Assembly: GCA_951406725.2 (NCBI GenBank)
Contig: OX597838.1
Span: forward strand, 7,626,001-7,690,000
Direction: 5' to 3'
Source of the DNA: Octopus vulgaris
Taxonomy: Eukaryota
DNA: 64,000 nt
Position 1 is the first letter of the stretch, and every line of letters begins with the position of its first letter. The position numbers and the translations under genes are program-made. The notes beneath the pieces are model-generated. The model was not told where the DNA came from and searched no databases. It saw only the letters and a program-made list of their open reading frames with translations. Positions 40,678 to 56,230 of the stretch are shown here, one piece after another.

Positions 40678-41528
40678 GATATATACAGAATCCCAGAGAC
40701 ACACATACATACGTACATACGTACCTTTAATGAAATGAAATGTGGAAAGAAAGCAAGAAAGAAAGAAAGAAAGGAAAGCAATAAATAGTTCAAAGGAAAG
40801 AAAAATTAACCTAAAAATTCACAAAAGCAACAAAAAACAAAAAACAAAACAAAAATCAAGATATTTATTTGTTTCCAGTTAAATTATTTAAACTAAATTT
40901 AGTTTGACAGAGAGTCGGCGGTGAGTGCTTTCCGGGGTGAATTCTGAGAGATCAATCCATGAAATGTGTTAGAAACATAATACAAAAGTATATTCTACGA
41001 TATATTATTTCTCTTATATAAGCTGACAGATTGTACTAGTTGGCAAAAACCAAAGCCAGCACGTTGGTTTTATATTGTAAATTACAAGAGACAGCAAAGT
41101 TGGCGGGATTGTATGTACGATGGCGAGTTTGGTCGGCTCCCTTGATGTCTCTGTCTATATATGAGATCGTGTATTCGTGTCTGTGTTTTCGTATGTATGA
41201 ATGAATGAATATATGAATGCGTATGTATGCGTGATATTGTGAAATGTGTGTGCTTGTATGTGTGAACGTATCTGTAGGAATTGATGTGCAAATCTATACT
41301 TTTGTGTGATATGCGAATGTGTATATGCATATACATGTGCGTGCTTTTAAATACATTTGTGTGAAAGTGCAAATGTGCACAAATGTACTTGGTTCTCCCC
41401 TTCATGTGCTTGTATCCATGTATAAGTATATATCTCTATAGATACACACGTACATTTATGTGTGTGTGTAAATCTGTACGTGTGTCAGTATGTGTGTGTA
41501 TGTATGGATGGAGGGAGGATAGAAGCGT

Positions 41529-41586
<58 letters not shown>

Positions 41587-41627
41587 TACATACATATATA
41601 TATATATATATGTATATACATACATAC

Positions 41628-41678
<51 letters not shown>

Positions 41679-42222
41679 GCGTACGATGTTTGAATATCGA
41701 CATAGATATGTGCATATATACGTATATACATCGATGAATATCTATCTGCATATACGAATGTATTTATTTACAGCAAATATCATTATCTGAATATCATCCT
41801 ACATCATGCATTATGCTCCACAATAATGGCGCCAGCCTTAGACGTTTTCTTTTGCAGGTGGAACAACAATTTTACTTCGATGAAAATTAAAATTATCGGT
41901 TTAAAATCTTTGATTCGTCTAAGGCGACGAGATGGCAGAACCCTTTGCACGCTGGGTAAAATACATAGCGACATGTCTTTCACCCTAGTGTTCCGAGATC
42001 AAATTTCGCCAAGGTCTACTTTGCCTTTCGCACACACGCAGACGTGGCTGTAGGGTAGGAGGATACGAAGTCAGTTTCTCAACCACATGGTTCTAGGTTC
42101 ATTTCTCGTACATGGTATATTTGGGCAAGAGTCCTCTACTTTAGACTCGGCCCGACCAAATTTTGTGGGTGAGTTTCGTACACGAAAACTTAAAAGAGCC
42201 TGTCTTATATATAAGTATATAC

Positions 42223-42277
<55 letters not shown>

Positions 42278-42284
42278 ATGTATC

Positions 42285-42357
<73 letters not shown>

Positions 42358-42450
42358 ATCTATGTATATTATATGTATATACATATATATATAAATGGGA
42401 ATATATAAGTATGTATATAGATATATAGTACATGTAATTATATGTATACA

Positions 42451-42490
<40 letters not shown>

Positions 42491-42495
<5 letters not shown>

Positions 42496-43431
42496 TTGAG
42501 TTGTGGGGTATCGCACGAGTGGGATTATATAAGAAAAAAGGTTTGAAAATGCAATTTAAACGATGTTTATTTACTTAACCGGTTTCACTCTTTGGTAAAA
42601 GATTGTCAAAAGTTACATTTAAGGAAACATTGAATAATATGGGTTCAAAAAAGTTTTTTACATAATTGTCACATTGAATATTATGCATTCAAAAAGTTTT
42701 TTACATAATTGTCACATTGGATATTATGGGTTCAAAAAAGTTTTTTACATAATTGTCACATTGAATATTATGCATTCAAAAAAGTTTTTTACATAATTGT
42801 CACATTGGATATTATGAATTCAAAAATGTTTTTTTATACATAATTGTCACATTATTTGGGAAAATTTGGCAGAAAAGGATAAAACAAATATATTATTGGG
42901 AATTGGTTGCGTTAATTATTGGTTGTCGCAAATTGTCACATTACATGTATATATATACAATCTTTGGTATATATATACAGCGTTTTGACAGCAAAAATTA
43001 AAATGGCTTTTTTGTACATCTCAGAATATTTTAAGTATGTTTTTACTGACCTGTCAGTATTAGCAGAAAGGCTGAACTGAGAGAACAGAAGAAGTAGCCA
43101 ATGTGGTGTATACTTCCCCTTTATGCATGAATGATTTTGGGGTTATCAGGAGGTTAGTATGCGGGTGTGAATAGATGTGTCCGCGCCTGCTGGTCAGACA
43201 GCGTCTGTTTGTCACACACATATATATATACACACAAACACACACACACAACAACACACACACACACACACATAGTATACAAACACACACCACATACAAA
43301 CAACACACACACACACAGAACACACACACCCACACACAACGCACCCACATATATCACATATACACACAGCACACAAATATAACATGTATCTATATATAAC
43401 ATACACAGATATATAACACACATACACACAC

Positions 43432-43475
<44 letters not shown>

Positions 43476-44268
43476 TACATACATAATATAAATATCACAC
43501 AAATACACCTAGCATATATATACACACATACAATACACACATACAGCATGTAAGTAATATATATACACAATATATGCATGCAATATACATACGTAATACA
43601 TACATACAATATATATATATATAGACAATGCATATACATATATACACATATACATATAAATAGTGTTTACATACACATACATAGATGTACCACATATACA
43701 CACAACACACATACATACAGCCTTTCTGCTAATACTGACAGGTCAGTAAAAACATACTTAAAATATTCTGAGATGTACAAAAAAGCCATTTTAATTTTTG
43801 CTGTCAAAACGCTGTATATATATACCAAAGATTGTATATATATACATGTAATGTAACAATTTGCGACAACCAATAATTAACGCAACCAATTCCCAATAAT
43901 ATATTTGTTTTATCCTTTTCTGCCAAATTTTCCCAAATAATGTGACAATTATGTATAAAAAAACATTTTTGAATTCATAATATCCAATGTGACAATTATG
44001 TAAAAAACTTTTTTGAATGCATAATATTCAATGTGACAATTATGTAAAAAACTTTTTTTGAACCCATAATATCCAATGTGACAATTATGTAAAAAACTTT
44101 TTTGAATGCATAATATTCAATGTGACAATTATGTAAAAAACTTTTTTGAACCCATATTATTCAATGTTTCCTTAAATGTAACTTTTGACAATCTTTTACC
44201 AAAGAGTGAAACCGGTTAAGTAAATAAACATCGTTTAAATTGCATTTTCAAACCTTTTTTCTTATATA
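42491..44268. mobile_element. long inverted repeat (42526-43074 and 43718-44268), probable PLE inverted pLTRs
   Basis: Arms of about 550 bp, nearly identical. Each has about five copies of a 44-47-bp minisatellite and a hammerhead-like motif near its outer end. (TA)n flanks. Confidence 0.75.
44181..44221 (+). ncRNA. minimal hammerhead-like motif with U3:A8 core (mirror copy at about 42573-42613, minus)
   Basis: ACTT-TTGACAA-TCTTTTACCAAAGAGT-GAAAC-CG-GTT-AAGT. Confidence 0.6.
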
Positions 44269-44454
44269 TATATATATATATACATATTATATATCTTATA
44301 TATATATATATGTGTATATCATATATATTATATATATAAACAATGAGGGTGCTAAATTGAGTATTAATGTAATTAATATCAATTTAAAACCAGTAGCCTA
44401 GCATATGGAAGAATTTGAAAAATCAGAAAAATTTCATTACCTGTGTATATTTAG

Positions 44455-44526
<72 letters not shown>

Positions 44527-44982
44527 GTGTACGTGCATGTATGGTTGAGATATGTGTTTATGTACATTCCATTGTGGTTGTGTCTACTTACGCGGCTGTT
44601 TGTGAGATGGCTTCCATAACTGTGTACGCCTTATATCCAAACAGAATATAAGGCGTTAGATTTCAAGTATCGCATCTTTGGCAAGACGGAGTCAAGAATC
44701 GCCAGGTCCTCTTAAAGTTGCATACAACTGAAGGAGTTTGATTATCAGCATCGGAAGCTAATGATGCACTAATTATACGTCGTTACGCTTTACTAGTTCT
44801 TTATAACTCACTGAACTGGGCCACGAAATGTTAAGTGGCTTGGCATTGAATATGCAATGTCGAGGAGAGAGAGTGTTGTATGAAGAGCGTACGGACAATT
44901 GCAGTTGATCTCCGCTTTCAAAGCACTCGTAAACACACGGCTCATACATATGCATACATACATACATATATATGTGTATGTG

Positions 44983-45019
<37 letters not shown>

Positions 45020-45200
45020 GTATATGATATATATATATATATATATTGTATATACATATATTGAATAAATGTATACATATACATACATACATGTATATAT
45101 ATATATACGTACATACATATATGTAAATGTATATACATACATTCAAATATGCATATATATAAACATATATGCATATATGTATATGTATATAAATATAAAT

Positions 45201-45410
<210 letters not shown>

Positions 45411-45569
45411 GCAGCAAGTGCTGTGCACGCGCATAAACATACTCATTGGCCTTTGCTTCCCAGATAAACGCTCCCATCAAGCGTACGTCACACATTTACG
45501 CATAACATACACATGCATATTTGCATAGACAACAATGCATACGTGTCCATACATTATGAGACACACCGT

Positions 45570-45649
<80 letters not shown>

Positions 45650-46069
45650 ATATGTGTATATACATGTATAGATGTGTGTATGTATATACATATACATACT
45701 TTCAAGTACACACACTGGTATAATAACTTATATATGCATCTGTCGACACACAACAGCTAACATACATAGAGTAATGGGCGTACGCACGAATACACACACT
45801 TTATTACTCACGTGTCATACATAATATATGTGTGCGCTGTGTGTGTGTTTATGTGTGTTTGTGCGTCTGTGTTTGAATGCAAGTGTTTGTGTGTCTGTGC
45901 ATGTTCGTTAGTGTGTGTAAGTGTGTGTGTGTTTGAACTTGTGAATACACACACGCACATGCGCGGCGCTCACACACGCACACACACATGCACTAAGAGA
46001 GCGAGAGGCAAACTACGTGTAATTAAGAAGTAGACGCTCACGCATGCGCCTTTCACGTCTTTCCGTCCT

Positions 46070-46490
46070 TGGACTGAGGCCATGCTGGAGCATCACCTGG
46101 AGGGGTTTAATCTAAGAAATCGTACCCAATACTTAATCTTTTTGTTCTTAAGACTGGAAATAATTTTTTCGCAGTCTTTTGGACCAAGTGCTAAGTAAGG
46201 ACATTAACAAAACAACACCGGTTGTCAAACGCTGGTATGAGGCAAACACGACACAAATACGCACATATATACATATGTAAATATGAGCGTGTGTGTTTGT
46301 GTCTGTGTATTTGTGTGTATGTGTGTAAATTTCACGGGCGCCTTTGAAGTTTCTGTGGATCAGAAATCCATTCAGAAGATTTTGGTCGGCCCAGAACTAT
46401 AGTAGAAGACAAATGGCCAAGGTGCTACCCTTGAGAATTGAGCCCAATACCTCTTAGTTGAGAAGCAAGCTTCTTCGCCACACAGCTATC
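46070..46490 (-). mobile_element. SINE family B, old diverged copy
   Basis: GGCCATGCTGGAGCA, TTTGGTCGGCCC and CTATAGTAGAAGACA landmarks are retained. Confidence 0.7.
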
Positions 46491-46814
46491 ACTGGATGGT
46501 CATACACAGGCATTACTGTACGTGCATACAAGCATACATACACACGTGTTGAATTGCTGCGTCTCGTCAAACTTGATTTCCACAATTGCAATCGATAATT
46601 GACACAGAATTGCATTTGTGCTGTTCTGTAGGTCGAGGTCATGCATGATGGAATAGGTTTATGGTGAGTGCATTATTGCGTTAACGCTTTCGGTTCTATT
46701 CACGTATCTCTCTTGCGTCTGATAAACTATTAAACGACTCTGATGTTTAGAACTAGACTTCAATTTTATGGACGAGTGCCTGCCATTATACTTAATTTAG
46801 GGAGGCAGGTAGCA

Positions 46815-46931
46815 ATAGTAGTAATAATAATAATAATAATAATAATAAAAATAATAATAATAACAACAGCAACAACAACAGCAGCAACAACAGTAACAAC
46901 AACAATAATAATATTGATGATGATGATGGTG

Positions 46932-46998
<67 letters not shown>

Positions 46999-47057
46999 TG
47001 ATGATGATAATAATAACAACAACAACAACAACAACAATAACAGCAACAACAACAACA

Positions 47058-47089
<32 letters not shown>

Positions 47090-47098
47090 AATAATAAT
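46815..47098. repeat. compound (AAT)/(AAC)/(GAT) microsatellite
   Basis: Direct reading. Confidence 0.95.
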
Positions 47099-47245
47099 AC
47101 CGGTGGTTATGGGACAGATGCAGAAGACCGGTTGCTATGGATGAGGAGAAGTGACCTGAAGATAGAGACAGAAGCACTCATATGCGCAGCTTAAAAACAA
47201 GCGTTAAGGACCAACTATATAAAGTGCAGAATAGACAACACCGAA
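47099..47245 (+). mobile_element. Dong/R4-clade ORF fragment adjoining (TAA)n
   Basis: WMRRSDLKIETEALICAA*KQALRTNYIKCRIDN matches the R4/Dong W....L..ETE..I.AAQEQAL.T motif. Confidence 0.75.
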
Positions 47246-47254
47246 ATAATGGGA

Positions 47255-47543
47255 GGTAAATTCGACCTCGGCGGAATCTAAACTCAGAACGTAGCGGCAG
47301 ACGAAATACCATTTCTTTACTACCCACAAGAGGCTAAACACAGAGAGGACAAACAAGGACAGACAAACGGATTAAGACGATTATATCGTCCCCAGTGTGT
47401 AACTGGTACTTATTTAATCGACCCCGAAAGGATGAAAGGCAAAGTCGACCTCGGCAGAATTTGAACTCAGAACGTTGCGACTGGCAAAATACCGCTAAGC
47501 ATTTCGCCCGGCGCGCTAACGTTACTGCCAGCTCGCCGCCTTA
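47255..47543 (-). mobile_element. SINE family A, head + unit + partial second unit
   Basis: Co-linear with 59895-60131. Confidence 0.9.
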
Positions 47544-47549
47544 ATAATA

Positions 47550-47587
<38 letters not shown>

Positions 47588-47682
47588 ATTTCATAAGCTT
47601 CAGTCTTATAAGCGGTCACCAAGTAGTGTCTTAAAGAAATAGTCTGATACAATAGTTTATAATCCTCCACACAATTCACACA

Positions 47683-47728
<46 letters not shown>

Positions 47729-49422
47729 AATCGAGCTCAAAATCTTGCTACATTCGCTAAAATGTACTAACAATTACACCAACGTACCGACTCACTCCCG
47801 CCGGTTACATTAAAGAACTATAATTTCATAGTATCGTGTTTTATTTAAACAAACGTGCTTTTTTTTCTGCGATGAATTGAGAAGCGGTAACGACTGACTA
47901 TTTTGTAAATAATATTTCATAAGCTTACATTTTATCAGCGATTACCGTTTATTGGATAAAGCAAATAGTCTAATAATCCAGCATAGAAATCCTCGGTGAA
48001 AAAAAATGTGCGGTTTTCCGTACGCATGAGACCCGTGTGCTCACTTCTAATATTCGTGATTAGCTTGCTAACCGTTACAGCACGTTTTTCGATGTTATAT
48101 ATCGCTGGTCACAATGCGTTTCATCGGTTTAGCTTCCGAATGATCGCCACCTCGCTGGCCATAATTTCCCACTGATCAGAATATCATTAACGTTTACTGT
48201 TTGGTACAGAAGTATGCGTGTGTATTTGTGTGATTCCGTGTGTGGTGTATGTGTGTGTGTGTGTGGAGAATCCGTATCAATGTTTCACCCGCTAACACTA
48301 GCGACAAATACGTTCCACGCACACACATACACAAATGTACACACACAGATCCACAAACACACATTATCACATACACGCACACATACACATACACACACAT
48401 ACACACACACACACGAACATACACACACACATACACAATCACACACACTCTCGCATACACACAAAACACGCACAACACTCTCCCTCCACACACGCACCCA
48501 CTCACACAAAGTCTCACACATACACACACACTCGCACACTCTCACACGCTCGCACACACACATACACATTCGCACACTCACACACACTCACACACAGACA
48601 CACTCGCACATTCACACACACACATATACACATCCACACACATTCGCACACTGACACACACTCACACACAGACACACTCACACATTTACACACACACATA
48701 TACACATCCACACACACTCTCACATACGCTTGCACACACTCACTCACACACACTCACACTCGGTTGTCATATTATGAATCACACACATATATATTATTAC
48801 GTGTGTAGAAGCACAAGCTCTTAATGAAACCAAACTGTGTATATTAAAAGTACGAAGACCGGAACGTGGCTTTTTTTTTTTCATGTTTTTCATGTTTGCG
48901 AAACTTTCCAGCAAAGAAACATTTGGCAGATAATTGCACCTTAAATATGGTTAGAAATATAAGTGTCTTCAGACAGAACTCTCACTCTGCAGAAATGTCT
49001 GCTGCAGCCAATCTTCAGATAAATGCTTAACACTACTCATTATAGAACTTTAAAGAACTTTCCTATCGCATTTCCGCTTCGCTAAGAATCTATTTAAAAG
49101 CCAATACTTTCACCTTTATTTATCCCCTTCTCTCTCAAATTCCAGTTTTCCCTCTTCCTTCTCACGATTTTTCCCGCTCATTTTCTTTCTCTCTTTCTAT
49201 CACTCTCTCACCCTCCCCATCTCTCCCAATCTCTGTCTTTCTTTTTTCTTGCAAATTGCTTCTGTCCAATAACTCTCACTTTCTCTCTCTCTCCCTCTCT
49301 CTCTCTCAAATCTCTGAACATTATATTCTCTCTACCGCTGTGCAGTTGTTGCTTTCTACTTACGCATACCTTTATCTTTCCAACTATCTATTTATGTATC
49401 TGTTTGTCTGTCTATCTACCTG

Positions 49423-49527
<105 letters not shown>

Positions 49528-49548
49528 ATATATATATATATCTATCTA

Positions 49549-49623
<75 letters not shown>

Positions 49624-49744
49624 GCGTGTGTATGTGCGTGTGTATGTGCGTGTGTATGTGTGTGTGAATGTGTGTGTGTGTGTATGCATGTATGCATGTA
49701 TATACCAATCTATTTATCCAGCTATCCAGCAATCCGTATCTAAT

Positions 49745-49811
<67 letters not shown>

Positions 49812-50008
49812 CCGTTTAAATGCATACATACATACACACACACCTTCCTGTGTCTGTCTTTCATAATCTGTGAATATATTTGTATATATTTGTATATAAA
49901 TGTATATGTAGACGCATACACACATAGAGAGAATCACACACACACACACATAGATTAATAACCTAACTATAAATGCATATATGTGCGCATATACACTCAT
50001 TAATATAC

Positions 50009-50041
<33 letters not shown>

Positions 50042-50329
50042 CATACATGTGTGTGTATATATGTATATATATATACTATATTACATATATGTATTAGTGC
50101 GTATGTATATATTGGTGTGTTTGTAAGTGGATGCATGTGTGTATTAGCGCCTGTGTGTATGTGTGTGTGCCTGTGCGTGTGTGTAAGTATATATGCTTGT
50201 GTGAATGTGTATGTATCCTATCAATTTACATAACTGTATCTCGGGAATCTCCATAATATGTTTACATAATCATTCCCCTCGTTTAGTGTCTTCTCCGTCA
50301 TTCTATCATTCTGCTGTGTACACACACAA

Positions 50330-50389
<60 letters not shown>

Positions 50390-50681
50390 GCACGCACACA
50401 CACAAGCATGCACGTATATCTATACGCATACACCTAGAACATATCACCATACAAACTCGCCCGCACATATACACACATATACGTAAGTGTCTAACGCGCA
50501 CGCAGCCGCTCCACCTGTCTTAACTTGGACGACTTAAGAATAGAAGCAAACATCGGACATAACATAGACAATTATCGTAACGTAATAAGCCAATCAGATT
50601 GAGAGACAGCCATATAAATAAAAAACACATACACACATATACGTACATACAAACATAGCGTTATATTTTCTCATACATATA

Positions 50682-50842
50682 GGAGCAGGAGTGGCTGTGT
50701 GCTAAGTAGCTTGCTTACCAACCGCATGGTTCCGGGTTTAGTCTCACTGCATGGCACATTGGGCAAGTGCCTTCTTCTGTGGCCTAGGGTCGACCATTTT
50801 GTTGTGAGTGGATTTGTTAGACGAAAACTGAAAGAAGCCCCT

Positions 50843-50843
<1 letters not shown>
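50682..50843 (+). mobile_element. SINE family B, 5' half
   Basis: Runs from the head to GAAAGAAGCCC and stops in the internal (TA)n. Confidence 0.8.
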
Positions 50844-50887
<44 letters not shown>

Positions 50888-50902
50888 GTGTGTGTTTGTC
50901 TG

Positions 50903-51051
50903 TGGAGGCCGTGGTTGAAGCCTTTGGTGATTGTATTGAATAAATTTACTCTTCTGTATTGGAAGATATTATTATGTAAGTATATCTGTTAGAACGAGAT
51001 GTCAGTGTTATTTTCACTTTTGCGTAATTTACACGGCAGTTTATTCACTGC

Positions 51052-51057
<6 letters not shown>
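50903..51057 (+). mobile_element. Tc1/mariner-superfamily 3' end
   Basis: C-terminal peptide EAVVEAFGDCIE*, then a terminus ending TGCACCCT followed by (AT)n. Confidence 0.55.
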
Positions 51058-51119
<62 letters not shown>

Positions 51120-51689
51120 AGTGTGTGTAGGTATATATATATATGTGTGTGTGTATGCATGCATATATGTATTCGGAAACGAAGTGTGATAGAGAAAATG
51201 GGAAAACGAAAGCGAGTGAGCGCGCAGTGACGATTAAGTGGGTGTCGGGAGCGGAGTGCGCACTTTGGTTCCGAATGCCATTTTGTTTGGTAATGCATCG
51301 AAGACTTTCCATTGCTGCCGTAGCACTGTATGTGACTGAACCAATAAGTACCTTTATCAATTCTATTAGTAATAATACCTTATAACTTTTGTTAAACAAG
51401 CTTTCATTCCGACCGACCTCGTCAAACGAACCCCGAACCCCGTCACTCACCCTAAACTACTGCCTACCTAACATTCTTGCACTCTGTGTCTAGTTATATC
51501 TCTTTGTCTTTACCTTCCCTCTCTCTCTTTCTCTCTCCCTCGCTATCTCTTTTCTGTTCTTCTCTTTCTTTTTCTCTTTCTGTCTCAGAGACTCTCATTA
51601 CGTCTATATAGATATTTGTATATAATCACACACATATATATATGCTTACATAAAATCATACACTCACAGACACACATATGTTTATATAT

Positions 51690-51763
<74 letters not shown>

Positions 51764-51814
51764 TATATATTTATGAATATATTCCTTTATACCGCTATAC
51801 ATATGTAGACTATT

Positions 51815-51863
<49 letters not shown>

Positions 51864-51974
51864 TTGCATGTGGTGCGAGAGAGAGAGAGCAAGCGGTGAA
51901 AGAAATCTATACATGTATATCTCACTCTGTGTTTGTAGCTATGTATCTGTGCGATGTATGTCTATGTATGTATG

Positions 51975-52005
<31 letters not shown>

Positions 52006-52176
52006 CTGTGCGTGTATAATTTTATTCTTAAATATATATACACATGTACATGAATATATATATATATATATACATATATGTGTGTGTGTCTGTGTCTGTG
52101 TCTGTCTCTGTGTTCGTGTATGTGTGTACGAATGCACGTATCTATGAATGCATGTATATATGTATATATATATACA

Positions 52177-52222
<46 letters not shown>

Positions 52223-52258
52223 CACACACACACTCACACACACTGCTCACTTACTTAC

Positions 52259-52640
52259 AACCCTTCGTCTTGCACCGATACAAATCCTCTAAGCTCTCAG
52301 CTCTCTCGGATTCCTGTCGTAGTGCTGTCCGACATTCCAGCACCACCTCCACCACTTCCGTCATCACCGCAACATCACCTTCTCCCTTCCCCTCCACCTC
52401 CACACTCCGCAATATCACCACCGGTTTTTCTCCTCCACCGACGCCACCACCTTCACCTCGACCAATGGTAACACTCACCGCACTCCGCCGCCGACGACGA
52501 CACTCACTGCTTTTACGCGGCACATCACGATTTGTCAGCATCGGTTGTTTCCGTACCAATAAGCAGCGTCGTAATCTTTGTGAATTGTTGGTCGAAAAAT
52601 CGATCGGAATCTTTCGCCGATAGATTGATAATACGACGCT
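52259..52640 (-). promoter_or_regulatory. CpG-rich island / candidate first exon
   Basis: Unique CpG-rich sequence ending in stacked donors GGGTT|GTAAGTAAGTGAG on the minus strand. Confidence 0.35.
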
Positions 52641-53266
52641 GCGTGTGTGCGAGTGTGCATGCGTGTGTGTGTATGTGCGTGCGTGTGTGTGTGTTAGTGT
52701 GTATGTGTGTGTGAGCGTGTATGCATGTGTGAGTGTGTGTGTGTGTGTGAGTGTGTATGTGTGTGTGTGTATGTGTGTGTGAGCGTGTATGCGTGTGTGA
52801 GTGTGTGTGTGAGTGTGTATGTGTGTGTGCGTGTATGTGTGTGTATGTGTGTGAATGTGTATGTGTGTGTGAGCGTGTATGCGTGTGTGTGAATGTGTGT
52901 GAGTGTGTGTGTGTAAGTGTGTGTGTGTGAGTGTGTGTGTGTGTGTGTGTATGTGTGTGCGTGTGTGAGTGTGTATGTGTGTGTGAGCGTGTGTGTGTGT
53001 TAGTGTGTGTGTGCGTGTGTGTGAGTGTGTGTGTCTGTGTGTGTGTGTATATGGAATGTATTTGTCGCTGGTGTTTGCGTGGTGAGTGAGCAGTAGAATG
53101 GTGACGTAGTAGAATGGTGTTGTAAGGTATTAGTAAGGTTGAATATTTGTAAAGGAGATGATGTGCGGCGAAACATTGATACGGATTCCTTGCAGCTACA
53201 GACACACACACACACACACACAAACGCAGACACACACACACACACACAAATACACACACACACACA

Positions 53267-53327
<61 letters not shown>

Positions 53328-54306
53328 AAATACACACACACACACGCACACACACAAATACACACACACACGCACACACACACAAATACATACACACACA
53401 CAAATACACACACACACACACACACAAATACACACACACACAAATACACACACACACACACAAAAAAACACACACACACAAATACACACACACACACAGA
53501 CACAAATACACACACACACACACAAATACACACACACACAAACACACACACACACACAAATACACACACACGCACACACACACACAAATACACACACACG
53601 CACACACACACAAATACACACACAAATACACACACAAATACACACAGAGTTTTGTACAAATCAGTTGTCACTAATGATATTACGAAGCTGACATGACTCC
53701 ATTTCGCCGCTGTTTCGTAACTGGAAAAGAGAAGGATTGGGGGGGGGGACGGGGAGAGGAGAGATGAGAGAAGACGGAAAGGGGAAAGTGATGTAGGATG
53801 ATAGTTAGAATAAGGAGAGAGAGAGAGAGAGAAAGAAGGGAGGAGAGACAAGAGACGGACACGGTTGAGTGTTAGGAAAAGATGGAGACGTTCAGAAAGG
53901 ATGAGAGACGTGGACAGCAAGGGAAATGATTGGGGGGGGGGGGAAGACAAGAAGATTTTGAAGATAAGATCTAGAAATGCCATGGTTAGTAAGAACATGT
54001 ATTAGAAGGAGAGAGAGAGAGAGAGAGACATGGGGATTGTGTATGCGTTATGTGTATGTGTATGTGTATGGGTGGAGAAGAAGAAAATGGAGGTGGTGGT
54101 GTTGGTGGTGGTGGAGGAGGAGGAGAGAGCAGTGGAGGAAAAGAGCGATAGAGAAAAGATGGGAAGAGATGTAAACGGAATGAGAAAATGAGAAATAGAA
54201 ACACGTTTGGAAGAAAGCAGACGTTCCAGTTTTGGTAGTAGGAGGGTGAACAGATTGTATATTGAAAAAGTGGTTTGAGTACGATATATGTAAATACATA
54301 TATGTG

Positions 54307-54352
<46 letters not shown>

Positions 54353-54573
54353 TATACATATACATTTTCATACATACATATATATAGGTATGTATGCGCA
54401 TGGAGAGACAGAGAGAGAGAGAGAGAAGAGAGAAAGATAAGATTTATAGATAGATAAATAGATAGATTGATTGATTGATAGATAGATATTTACACGTACA
54501 CTACAACAAAAGATATTTTAATATAATTATTCGCTTCATCCTATGTATGTATGTATGTATGTATGTATGTATG

Positions 54574-54605
<32 letters not shown>

Positions 54606-54742
54606 CTGTATATATATATTTACAAATATATATGTGTACATATATATATATATATATACACACTATATATATATATGTATGTATGTATATATATACATGT
54701 ATATATTGTATATATATATATTATATAAATATATAAATATAT

Positions 54743-54796
<54 letters not shown>

Positions 54797-55196
54797 ACAT
54801 ATTAGAAAAAAAACACCTTTTATCAATACAAAATGAATAATTAAATTACACCATCTAGAAAATTACATATAATAGAAAAGTTAAAATGAAAATAACAATT
54901 AAAAAGTAAAGATTAAGTAAATTACAAGAATAATTATAATGTATATAATAGGTAGAAAAGCGACATATTTATATGCACGTGTGTGATTGCTCACACCGAT
55001 TAGTGGATCAACAAAAAATACAAAGATAGAATGAATATGCGCCATTAGTTATATAAGTACTAGAGAGGATTCATCGACTAAAGCCTCCATGGCGTCACTG
55101 CGGCATGGCTGCAGTCCGATGACTGAAACAAGCGAAAGGTGATGAAAAACTTTTAAAGATTATATACAAAACTATATATATATATATATATATATA

Positions 55197-55592
55197 TCTT
55201 TATATATAAAAATAAGGTTGTGTGCTGTCTTTCTCCTACGATTTAGATTCCTAACCACTCCCACATTTTGCGGTGCAGTTTAACCAAAACCGGGTATCTT
55301 ATAGTCTTGATTCATATCGAGCCCTTCTGGGTATTAGCGCGAGTCTACGATGAGTCTACGATTTAAAAAAAAATTACCATCAATTTTTCCCTTTTTTAAT
55401 GCATTTTTGGCATATATAAGGGAAGTGACTCTCTAAAAATTTATTATTGAATCTCAGAACGTAAAAAGCTACAGTAACAACCCCCCCTTTGTGTTTAGCC
55501 ATATTGAGATGGCTATTATACTTTACATCTCTAAAAATGCTCATATAGTTATTTCCCTTACAAACCCGAGCAACGACGGCCGATACTGCTAG
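55197..55592 (+). mobile_element. non-autonomous Helitron
   Basis: A|TC 5' end, 3' imperfect hairpin CCCGAGCAACGACGG followed by CTAG|T, and no TSD. Confidence 0.75.
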
Positions 55593-56049
55593 TATATGTA
55601 TAAAATCATTTTATCCTAACAGGTCATACGAACATATGTATGTGAAGCAAAGTAGAAGGACAGAGAATTGGAACGTGAACGAAATTATTTAAAGCTTTGA
55701 AGCAATGAATGAGTATTTCATGCTAAGACCTCCATATTGTAGATTTTTGGGAAATAATATGACTGTAGGTGCGCGCGTGCGTGTGTTTGTGTTTGTGTGT
55801 ATAATATACAGAGATATATACAGATGTCTGTAGATATATATTATATGTATATAAATATGTGTATATATATTTATAAATGTATATGTATGTATGCGTGTAT
55901 GTCTGTATATATGTATATTTCCGCATATATACAAATATATCTGTGCGTGTATATGCATGTGATATACAAACATGTATATATGTGTATATATATTTATAAA
56001 TGTATATATATATATAAGTGTGTGTATGCCTGTATATATGTATATTCAA

Positions 56050-56096
<47 letters not shown>

Positions 56097-56197
56097 TAAA
56101 TATACATACATATATATTTGGGGGTTGATTCTGTGTGTGTGTGACTCTGTGCATATATTTATGCGTATATGTGGGTGTGTATGTGTATTTATGAAGC

Positions 56198-56230
<33 letters not shown>

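Noticed and set aside
44812-44915. Possible minus-strand exon ending TCA|gtgagt
   Set aside because: No convincing acceptor and no recognisable peptide.
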